Source of the DNA: an uncultured Bacteroidaceae bacterium
GTDB lineage: Bacteria > Bacteroidota > Bacteroidia > Bacteroidales > SM23-62
Length of the DNA stretch: 64,000 nt
Reading direction: 5' to 3'
Assembly (NCBI GenBank): GCA_963752525.1
Contig: CAVVYS010000025.1
Coordinates: 4,868 to 68,867, forward strand
Part shown: positions 57,270 through 64,000 of the stretch, in pieces
How the letters are laid out: every line of letters starts with the position of its first letter
Position numbering within the stretch: position 1 is the first letter of the stretch
Translations under genes and position numbers: made by a program
Notes under the pieces: generated by a model
Seen by the model: the letters and a program-made list of their open reading frames with translations, nothing else
Database searches by the model: none
Told to the model about the DNA's origin: nothing

Positions 57270-58607
57270 TCAAATAAGGACCAGGCTGAGTCCCCAGATG
57301 ACCAGGACAGATGCGATTCCTATCACCACTGTTCCAACTGTATGTATCCTGTAGCCTGTCTTAACATCCATCCCTGTCATTTGTGTAAATATCCAGAACA
57401 AACTATCATTGGCATGAGATGCTACCATTGATCCAGCGCCTATGGCAAGTACCACCAATGCCCTGGCAACACCCGAGTCAAAACCCAGGGGTTCCATCAT
57501 TGGAACCATCAGGGAGGCTGTTGTTATCAGTGCTACTGTGGAAGATCCCTGTGCAATCCTTATGGCTGTGGATATAATAAAAGGCAGTAGTATTCCGATC
57601 CTGGCATCCACCAGATAGTCGCCAAGAACATATGCAATATCCGAGTTGCGTAGGATCATACCAAAGGCTCCCCCTGCACCAGTAATCATCACAATAAGGG
57701 CTGCATTAATCAGAGACTGTCCTATCCAGCCTGAGGTAGACAACATTTGCATGTCAAATTTCCTGGGCAGGGTGAAGGCCAGTAATAATCCGATGAGGAG
57801 AGCAATTACGGGATTTCCGATAAATCCTATGATTTCTTTCAATGGACCGCAGCCAAATGGTTCGGTGGGAAAGTCAGAGATGGATCTCAAAACGATCAGG
57901 ATGATGGGGACAACGATGGGCATGAATGCTTTCATGGCCCGGGGTGCCTGCTTTAATTTCTCTTCTAATGCTGATTCAGAAAGCTCAGGATTGGGATCGA
58001 TATAATGCCTTGCAGCAATTTTCGTAGCATACAACCAGCCAACTGCCATGGTAACTACGCTTACGCAAATACCCAGAATGATTACCAGTCCCAGATCAGC
58101 CTCCAATATCCCTGCTGCAGCAATGGGACCCGGTGTTGGTGGCACCAAGCAATGCGTAGTCATGAGTCCCAGGGCAAGTGCAACAGAACTTCCTGCCAGA
58201 GAAATGTTTGCCTGTTTTGACAGGGCTTTGTTCAGGGGCATAAGAATCACAAAACCAGAATCTGCAAACACAGGTATTGAAACAATGTAACCTATGATAG
58301 ACATGGTCAGCGGAACCTTTTTCTTCCCCGTGATCTGAAGGATCCTTTTGGCCATGGCATATGCTCCGCCTGTATGTTCCAGGAAGGTACCGATCATGAC
58401 TCCTGCAATGATGACAATACCTATCTGACCTATGGTCCCACCAAAACCCAGGTTGATTGATTCCACGATTTTACCAAGGGGCATCCCGGAGAATAATCCA
58501 AATAAGATCGCCGTAAAAATCAGGGCAAGAAAAGGATGTATCTTAAACTTACTGGTAGAGACGACAATTACAAACACACTTGCAATAAGGAGGATTATTA
58601 AAATCAT
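57270..58607 (-). CDS. GntP-family (gluconate/organic acid:H+) permease
   Basis: 445-aa polytopic membrane protein with GntP-like N-terminus and motifs (FLALIFTAILFGL, GPIAAAGIL, GAGSMVASHANDSLFW). Confidence 0.8.
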   Translation of the reverse strand: MILIILLIASVFVIVVSTSKFKIHPFLALIFTAILFGLFSGMPLGKIVESINLGFGGTIGQIGIVIIAGVMIGTFLEHTGGAYAMAKRILQITGKKKVPLTMSIIGYIVSIPVFADSGFVILMPLNKALSKQANISLAGSSVALALGLMTTHCLVPPTPGPIAAAGILEADLGLVIILGICVSVVTMAVGWLYATKIAARHYIDPNPELSESALEEKLKQAPRAMKAFMPIVVPIILIVLRSISDFPTEPFGCGPLKEIIGFIGNPVIALLIGLLLAFTLPRKFDMQMLSTSGWIGQSLINAALIVMITGAGGAFGMILRNSDIAYVLGDYLVDARIGILLPFIISTAIRIAQGSSTVALITTASLMVPMMEPLGFDSGVARALVVLAIGAGSMVASHANDSLFWIFTQMTGMDVKTGYRIHTVGTVVIGIASVLVIWGLSLVLI

Positions 58608-59323
58608 GGAATCTGATTCTCACCTTTGGTTAAAAGTCCAGGGACAAGCGATATATTCTCAACTGTTTGAAAATGCATATGGTCCATCTCAATATCTGCG
58701 ACCTCCTCATGCTGCCAGGTGATATGGAAAGGGATATGTATGGCGTATCCCCCGATGTTCAAAACAGGATATATATCTGATTTCATTGAGTTCCCAATCA
58801 TCAGGAAATCTTCCGGCCGGATCTCCAGGTGCTTCAGTAATTTAAGATAATCCGATTCTTTCTTGTCGCTCATGATTTCAATATGGTGAAAAAATGCTTC
58901 AAGGTTGGATTTATGAAGCTTTCTTTCCTGATCCAGCAAATCCCCTTTCGTGGCAACAATAAGGGTATACTCCAGGCGGCTGAGTTCCTCCAGGACTGTT
59001 CGTACCCCTTCCAGCATCTGAATAGGTTTGTTCAACTGTGCCTTACCCAACTGAATAATCTCCTGAATTATGGCCTGACTTACTTTATGATTACTTACTC
59101 TCAGTGCAGTTTCTATCAGGGACAGCATAAAGGCTTTGATCCCAAAACCATACAATTCCAGGTTTTGCATCTCGGTCTTGAACAATTCCCTGGCTACTTT
59201 TCCATGGGACTCAAAATCCGAGAGCAGATCACAGAATGTGTCTTCCGATTCTCTGTAATATGGTTCATTTACCCAGAGAGTATCATCTGCATCAAAACCG
59301 ATCACCTTAAAATTTGATTTCAT
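58604..59323 (-). CDS. HAD-superfamily hydrolase
   Basis: VIGFDADDTLW is the DxDxT motif I. VATKGD is motif II-like and MIGNSMKSD is motif IV-like. Its stop overlaps the GntP start by 4 nt. Confidence 0.75.
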   Translation of the reverse strand: MKSNFKVIGFDADDTLWVNEPYYRESEDTFCDLLSDFESHGKVARELFKTEMQNLELYGFGIKAFMLSLIETALRVSNHKVSQAIIQEIIQLGKAQLNKPIQMLEGVRTVLEELSRLEYTLIVATKGDLLDQERKLHKSNLEAFFHHIEIMSDKKESDYLKLLKHLEIRPEDFLMIGNSMKSDIYPVLNIGGYAIHIPFHITWQHEEVADIEMDHMHFQTVENISLVPGLLTKGENQIP

Positions 59324-59451
59324 CAGGACGAATATTTTGATGACTTAAATTTAATTATCTTTATTTAACATCCACAACCTTGGTCATACCATAAGCATTG
59401 AACAGTTGATGGCTCAAACCTTATCTCGACCATTAATCCCATAAAAAACCT

Positions 59452-60666
59452 ATGAACACAGCAAAACTCATCATAAATGCCGGCAGATATTTAAACATTC
59501 TCTGCCGGGATATCGGCGAACGATCTGTTGGTACTGAGGGAAACAGGAGAGCTACAGCCTTTTTTGAAAAAGAAATATCATCATTCGGATGGCAAACGGA
59601 TAGACAGGAATTTAATGCGATGGATTGGGAAGATGGGGGTGCTACACTACTTGTGGAAAGTAAAAGTTTTGAAGTACTGGTAAGCCCATACTCTACCGGA
59701 ATAAAAACCAAAGCCTTACTTACTTCTGCCTCCACCATAAGCGAACTTGAATCGCTTGATGCAAAAAACAAAATCATCCTTCTTTACGGGGAAATAGCCA
59801 GTGAACAGCTAATGCCAAAGAATTTTGTTTTCTACAATCCTGACAGACACCAGATGATCATTTCCCTCCTGGAAAATTCAGGAGCCAGGGCAATCATTGC
59901 TGCAACCGGCAGAAATGCGTCCCTGGCAGGAGGAGTATATCCTTTTCCTTTGATTGAAGATGGGGATTTTGATGTTCCGTCAGTCTATATGACAGAAGAA
60001 GAAGGTTTGACCTTGCTACCATATGTCGGCAAAGAGCTTACTCTTGAATCCATCTCGAGGAGGGTACCAGGGAATGGGTGCAATGTAATTGCCAGGACAG
60101 GCAGGAATTCATCTGCCCGGATTGTGGTAACCGCTCACATTGACGCCAAAAAAGGTACTCCCGGGGCCATTGATAATGCTACAGGTGTAGTAATACTTCT
60201 GCTGTTGGCAGAATTACTTGAGGATTTTATAGGTGACAAACAAATTGAAATCGTAGCCCTGAATGGAGAAGATTATTATGCTGTACCTGGACAAATGATG
60301 TACCTCGCTGAGAACAAGGAAAACTTTGAAAACATCCTTTTGAATATCAATATTGATGGCGCCGGGTATATAACTGGAGATACGGCTTTTTCTTTTTTTG
60401 GATTGCCCAAGGAAATCAGCCGGGAAGCAACACGCATTATGGATAATTCCCCGCATCTATCAGAAGGTGTGCAATGGCCGCAGGGTGACCATAGCATATT
60501 TACTCAGCTTGGACGGCCTGCCATCGCGGTTTCTTCGCAGTGGTTTATCAATAATATTGACAGCCAAGATATTACCCATACACCAAAAGACAATCTGGAT
60601 ATCGTGGATATTCATAAACTCCCGGGGATTGCAAAAGCAATTGCAAAGCTGATAGAACAGATCTAA
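59452..60666 (+). CDS. M28-family aminopeptidase-like metallopeptidase
   Basis: VVTAHIDAKKGTPGAIDNATGV matches the M28 HxD...GAxDNxxG zinc-ligand region. 404 aa. Confidence 0.8.
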   Translation: MNTAKLIINAGRYLNILCRDIGERSVGTEGNRRATAFFEKEISSFGWQTDRQEFNAMDWEDGGATLLVESKSFEVLVSPYSTGIKTKALLTSASTISELESLDAKNKIILLYGEIASEQLMPKNFVFYNPDRHQMIISLLENSGARAIIAATGRNASLAGGVYPFPLIEDGDFDVPSVYMTEEEGLTLLPYVGKELTLESISRRVPGNGCNVIARTGRNSSARIVVTAHIDAKKGTPGAIDNATGVVILLLLAELLEDFIGDKQIEIVALNGEDYYAVPGQMMYLAENKENFENILLNINIDGAGYITGDTAFSFFGLPKEISREATRIMDNSPHLSEGVQWPQGDHSIFTQLGRPAIAVSSQWFINNIDSQDITHTPKDNLDIVDIHKLPGIAKAIAKLIEQI

Positions 60667-60710
60667 GGGAATAAATGTTCACAGATTAAGATTGTAATTC
60701 ACAGCCGGAT

Positions 60711-61610
60711 TCACTTTCCTGTCCCAAGTTTCTGTATCCTGGATTCTATCAAACGAATATTGCTGTAATCGGGAAACATGTTCCCAACGGCTTTGGAGGC
60801 ATTTAGAGCGGGGTGGATTTCAACACCCTTATCCATTAGATTAGAAATGAGTTTTATTGAGTATTTTACCCTTTCAGTCTTTTCAGCATTCCCCCCTCTG
60901 TAAAATTGGGATACAAGATTACTGGCTTCTGCTTCCAAAGATACCTCTAGCTGATTTTTCTGTGCATCCCTAAGGTCGACCATGGATTCAGTCTTTATTT
61001 CAAGACATTTTGCATGCTGCTCAAATGTTCTAAAATCCATTATCTTCTTCCGGATAACAGCAGCTGCCCATACAAGGCCACCAATTAACTTAACCGCCGT
61101 TACTGAACCAACAGTCATAATTATCCATAAGGAACCAATATCATACGCCTTGACTTTTATTGTTCCATTAATAAATGGGTCCATAATAGACTGTGAAATG
61201 GCATTGTGTAAGATTTTCGATTTTTTGGAGAGATCTTCCAGGTCCTTAATTTCAGGCATCTGGACATATATTGTTGAATCATCTTCTATTTCATCATATA
61301 GTTCCTTCAGAACCATCAATAGAGCAGCACATCCACTGCGTATAACTTCTAATGATTTTTTCAGCCGGGTGTCCTCTTTACCGTCTGTCAATATGATTTC
61401 ATCCTGTAAAGTGGTAAAAATGATGGATGTCTCAATTTCTGAAATCAATGATACGTAAAGACCATGGTTTTTAATTTTTTGGATGGCCAACTTGAGATTT
61501 ATGATATTTGAATATAAACAACCTGGTTGGTTCCCTGTCAGGTATTCCCGCTTATAATTCAAATGAACCATGTTTTCCTCAAGGGTTTGTTTTATTCTTC
61601 GTAGTCTCAT
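60711..61610 (-). CDS. hypothetical protein with central hydrophobic hairpin and flanking helical regions
   Basis: 299 aa. One long hydrophobic stretch (SLWIIMTVGSVTAVKLIGGLVWAAAVI) is flanked by charged, helix-prone segments. No family recognised. The local sequence looks AT-richer than the island, judged by eye. Confidence 0.6.
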   Translation of the reverse strand: MRLRRIKQTLEENMVHLNYKREYLTGNQPGCLYSNIINLKLAIQKIKNHGLYVSLISEIETSIIFTTLQDEIILTDGKEDTRLKKSLEVIRSGCAALLMVLKELYDEIEDDSTIYVQMPEIKDLEDLSKKSKILHNAISQSIMDPFINGTIKVKAYDIGSLWIIMTVGSVTAVKLIGGLVWAAAVIRKKIMDFRTFEQHAKCLEIKTESMVDLRDAQKNQLEVSLEAEASNLVSQFYRGGNAEKTERVKYSIKLISNLMDKGVEIHPALNASKAVGNMFPDYSNIRLIESRIQKLGTGK

Positions 61611-61638
61611 TTCTGATTAGGGGTTTAAGAAATCAGAA
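61611..61638. promoter_or_regulatory. inverted repeat TTCTGATT-N12-AATCAGAA abutting the start codon of 60711-61610
   Basis: Perfect 8-bp arms read directly from the sequence. On the minus strand the hairpin ends at the base before the ATG, so it would occlude any ribosome-binding region. Confidence 0.4.
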
Positions 61639-61665
61639 TGAATTTACGAAATTCCCAAGATTGGA

Positions 61666-61697
61666 AATCAAAAAGCCCCGACTTTCTGCCGGGGCTT
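61666..61697 (-). terminator. Rho-independent terminator after the DUF2892 gene
   Basis: The minus strand reads AAGCCCCG-GCAGAAAGT-CGGGGCTT followed by TTTTGAT, 15 nt after the stop at 61712. Confidence 0.7.
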
Positions 61698-61711
61698 GGT
61701 GATATTTATAC

Positions 61712-61918
61712 CTATTCTTTGGTCCGACATGTACTCAAACCAAATGGAGCATAGAGCGGACAGAAACTTACTAAACCAGTTAATACAAACACTCCTGCCA
61801 GAACCAGAAGGACTATCCCTAGAGTGCCAGAGATAACATTGGTGAAATACAAAGTTGTAACGATAGCAGCGATTATTATTCGAATAATGCGATCTGCTGT
61901 TCCCATGTTTTTTTTCAT
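61712..61918 (-). CDS. DUF2892 (YgaP-like) small membrane protein
   Basis: 68 aa. The GTADRIIRIIIA start and two hydrophobic helices are typical of DUF2892. Confidence 0.7.
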   Translation of the reverse strand: MKKNMGTADRIIRIIIAAIVTTLYFTNVISGTLGIVLLVLAGVFVLTGLVSFCPLYAPFGLSTCRTKE

Positions 61919-61935
61919 GATTTATTCATTTATAA

Positions 61936-62034
61936 TTAATTAAGTAAATTCTGAATGATCATTACAATGCCGTAAACCAAAGCAATGCAAGTAAAACAAA
62001 CCAGTATGAATTTTATGAATTTGTTATTTAACAT
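61936..62034 (-). CDS. possible 32-aa hydrophobic micropeptide
   Basis: An ATG-initiated ORF, MLNNKFIKFILVCFTCIALVYGIVMIIQNLLN, below the track's size cut-off. It predicts a single transmembrane helix and lies between the Crp-family and DUF2892 genes. No other support. Confidence 0.2.
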   Translation of the reverse strand: MLNNKFIKFILVCFTCIALVYGIVMIIQNLLN

Positions 62035-62069
62035 TCTGGAGCAAATTTCATACATTTATCTATGCTGTA

Positions 62070-62087
62070 CAGTGACTGCAGTCACTG
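62070..62087. repeat. perfect 18-bp palindrome CAGTGACTGCAGTCACTG overlapping the Crp/Fnr gene stop codon
   Basis: Read directly from the sequence. It can form a 7-bp stem with a 4-nt loop, or act as a dyad operator (GTGAC-N4-GTCAC). No T-run follows on the minus strand. Confidence 0.6.
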
Positions 62088-62705
62088 CCTCAATATTTTA
62101 ATCCCTTTGGTCATTTGTGAAACCTTTCCTTCAACTTCAAGCTTTTTCATAACGCGACTAATCACCTCGCGGACCGTTCCTAGCTCGTTGGCAATTTGAT
62201 TATGGGAAATAATTATTTCATCCTGATCCAATACCTCAGCTTTTTTAAGTAAATAGTCATAAAGTCTCCTGTCCATCTTATTAATCAATATTTGCTGAAT
62301 AGTGTCAAGCAGTTCTGTATATCTCAGATCAAATTGTTCGTGAAACAAATTATTAAAGCCTGGGTACTTTTTGAGCCACACAGGAATTTTTTCGACAGGA
62401 ACCAGAAGTACCTTTGATTGTTCTTCTGTTACTGCAAATACCTTGCTGGGTTGATTCTTTAAACACGCAGAAAAAGACATGACGCAACTTTGAGTAGGTC
62501 GGATATAATAGAGTAGTAATTCCCTTTCTTCAAATCTTATAAAAACTTTCACTACTCCACTCAGGACAATTGGCAAAACTTTCACGTATTGTTCTTCTTT
62601 CAGGATTTCTGTGCCTTTTGGAATTTCCTCTACCGTTGAAGAATTTATAATTTCGCTAGCAAGTTCGGAATCCAGGATTGCTAATTGATGAGTTAAATCT
62701 TTCAT
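62082..62705 (-). CDS. Crp/Fnr-family transcriptional regulator
   Basis: 207 aa. The N-terminal part resembles a cNMP-binding beta-barrel and the C-terminal HTH reads NQIANELGTVREVISRVMKKLEVEGKV. Confidence 0.8.
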   Translation of the reverse strand: MKDLTHQLAILDSELASEIINSSTVEEIPKGTEILKEEQYVKVLPIVLSGVVKVFIRFEERELLLYYIRPTQSCVMSFSACLKNQPSKVFAVTEEQSKVLLVPVEKIPVWLKKYPGFNNLFHEQFDLRYTELLDTIQQILINKMDRRLYDYLLKKAEVLDQDEIIISHNQIANELGTVREVISRVMKKLEVEGKVSQMTKGIKILRQ

Positions 62706-62815
62706 ATTATGTATAGCTCTATGCCAATTTCTATTAATTCAAACTTAGACCATACATAGAGTTGAATAGCAATAATTAATGCACTCATTGTTGTTATAAC
62801 TTGATCAGTAAATTA

Positions 62816-64000
62816 TTATTCGGTATAAAATTCCACCAGGATATAGCTATCAAATTGACTCTGATAATTTTTTATTGAGTAGCTAAGTCCAGCATTGGAG
62901 ATTTGATCATCCTTCAAAGTGATAATATGATCCTTAACAGTTTCTCCCATTATTGAGAAAACAAATCCCGAGCTTGTAGATGAAAATGAAATATCCTTGG
63001 CCTTAAGTACTTTGTTCACTGTATAGCTTGGATGAACCAATTGTTCACTCCAATTGAAACTGTCAATTTTTGTTCGACTCTCATCTAAAACGGCCTCAAC
63101 GTTTCCGGTTATTTTAACACTCGTTCCTACCGCTTCAGAATAGCTTCCGGTATAGGTGTTTCCGCTAAAACTTCCAGTGCTCACTGCCCCAAGGATAATG
63201 TCGGCATCTTGTGTATAACTTGTATCATTTGTAACATATTTATATTGACCTATAACCTCCATTTCCAAATCACAATGATTATAAGTCAGCGAGTCCATCT
63301 TTTCTGTATCTATCCTAACGACACCATAGTCATCACCAAAACCGTTTTGGCTTCTTGGTTTGATAGCGATTCTCAAATCGACGAATCTAGGTCCTCTTTT
63401 TGGACCATAGTTGTCCTGACATCTGGATTTCGGGTGGCCATTTGATTGGGCTATAGCAAGATCACCATTCTTCTTTTTTAATACCATTCCTATATGAAAA
63501 GCTACTTTCTCTCCTTTTTCATTAACTTTTAGCCAATAAATAATATCACCGCTTTCAAATTTTGAGGGCTCAATTTTCCCGGTATCTCTTACAATAATCT
63601 TATCCATTTGGGGATACGCTGTCTTGATGGCACTTTCAAGGACGGAAGGTTTTCTCTGTTTTTCAGACCATGTGGGGAGATTGAGATCAACTTTGGCACC
63701 AAGAAATAAATGGTATATAAAACCAGAACAATCCAGGCCATAAATTTCTTCAATACAAGTGGTATAGGGAGACGGAGGTCTTAACCTTTCCTTGTAATTT
63801 CTTTGACCATAAGAGTATGCTAAACCATTTTGGTGAGGTATCCCATTATCTGGATCTCCCTGATAAACGAAATTACTATCCTTGGTTAAATATAGAGCTA
63901 CCGTATTCATCTTTGCTATAAGCAGGTTTTTACTATCCTCGGGCCCCAGATTATCATTAGTAAAGTTGCTTTTTTTACTCCATTCATTAATAAAATCTGG
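62816..64000 (-). CDS. NlpC/P60 (C40)-like cysteine peptidase domain protein with unknown C-terminal domain; 5' end probably outside the window
   Basis: IYGLDCSGFIYHLF is the catalytic Cys motif and VAFHIGMV is a His motif. The frame stays open from 63911 to the window edge, so the ATG at 63910 may be internal. The C-terminal ~170 aa form a beta-rich region of no recognised family. Confidence 0.5.
   Translation of the reverse strand, partial: PDFINEWSKKSNFTNDNLGPEDSKNLLIAKMNTVALYLTKDSNFVYQGDPDNGIPHQNGLAYSYGQRNYKERLRPPSPYTTCIEEIYGLDCSGFIYHLFLGAKVDLNLPTWSEKQRKPSVLESAIKTAYPQMDKIIVRDTGKIEPSKFESGDIIYWLKVNEKGEKVAFHIGMVLKKKNGDLAIAQSNGHPKSRCQDNYGPKRGPRFVDLRIAIKPRSQNGFGDDYGVVRIDTEKMDSLTYNHCDLEMEVIGQYKYVTNDTSYTQDADIILGAVSTGSFSGNTYTGSYSEAVGTSVKITGNVEAVLDESRTKIDSFNWSEQLVHPSYTVNKVLKAKDISFSSTSSGFVFSIMGETVKDHIITLKDDQISNAGLSYSIKNYQSQFDSYILVEFYTE

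Noticed and set aside
1-64000. A search for mobile-element hallmarks (transposase, integrase, tRNA-flanked direct repeats), CRISPR arrays, restriction-modification or known defence genes, and SusC/SusD pairs.
   Set aside because: No ORF shows DDE, tyrosine or serine recombinase motifs, Cas, methyltransferase or nuclease signatures, or TonB-box/plug features. The island therefore cannot be called mobile or a canonical PUL from this window.

Overview
This 64-kb window looks like a Bacteroidota chromosome segment. Support: one ORF ends in a T9SS-type C-terminal sorting domain, a TAnnTTTG -7 box precedes one gene, and many ORFs carry lipoprotein, Sec or twin-arginine signals. No rRNA, tRNA, CRISPR array, transposase, integrase or phage gene was seen. 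Left flank (1-7358): a 5'-truncated peptidase-like ORF, anmK, an iron-type alcohol dehydrogenase, an orphan iolB-like cupin isomerase and a TRAP transporter (dctPQM). An 845-bp non-coding gap follows. The core (8204-46781) is about 38 kb of exported carbohydrate-active and accessory enzymes in five or six operons. It holds GH31, GH27, GH28, two GH88/105, a beta-helix protein, a TAT-exported Gfo/Idh/MocA plus DUF1080 pair, two URO-D-like proteins, two neutral-ceramidase-like proteins, a GH20-like protein, a DUF4838-like protein and an FGE/SUMF1-like protein. It also has a cytoplasmic aminotransferase/oxidoreductase/PIG-L/NagB-like cassette and five paralogous FG-GAP (VCBS) + ASPIC/UnbV (CRTAC1-like) propeller proteins, three of them in tandem. 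The island has one AraC regulator and no SusC/SusD, recognisable polysaccharide lyase or sulfatase. I consider it the best candidate for an undescribed degradative system. Right flank (47-64 kb): C69 dipeptidase, rplS, a CocE/NonD-family ORF lacking its N-terminal nucleophile region, an intact AsmA-like gene beside a heavily frameshifted AsmA-like paralogue, GntP permease, HAD hydrolase and M28 peptidase. It ends in a visibly AT-richer tail with an unknown membrane/coiled-coil protein, DUF2892, a Crp/Fnr regulator and an NlpC/P60-like ORF running off the window. Several gene relics are present (ornithine cyclodeaminase fragment, collapsed SDR, AsmA pseudogene). All family calls rest on motifs read by eye and need HMM or structure confirmation.
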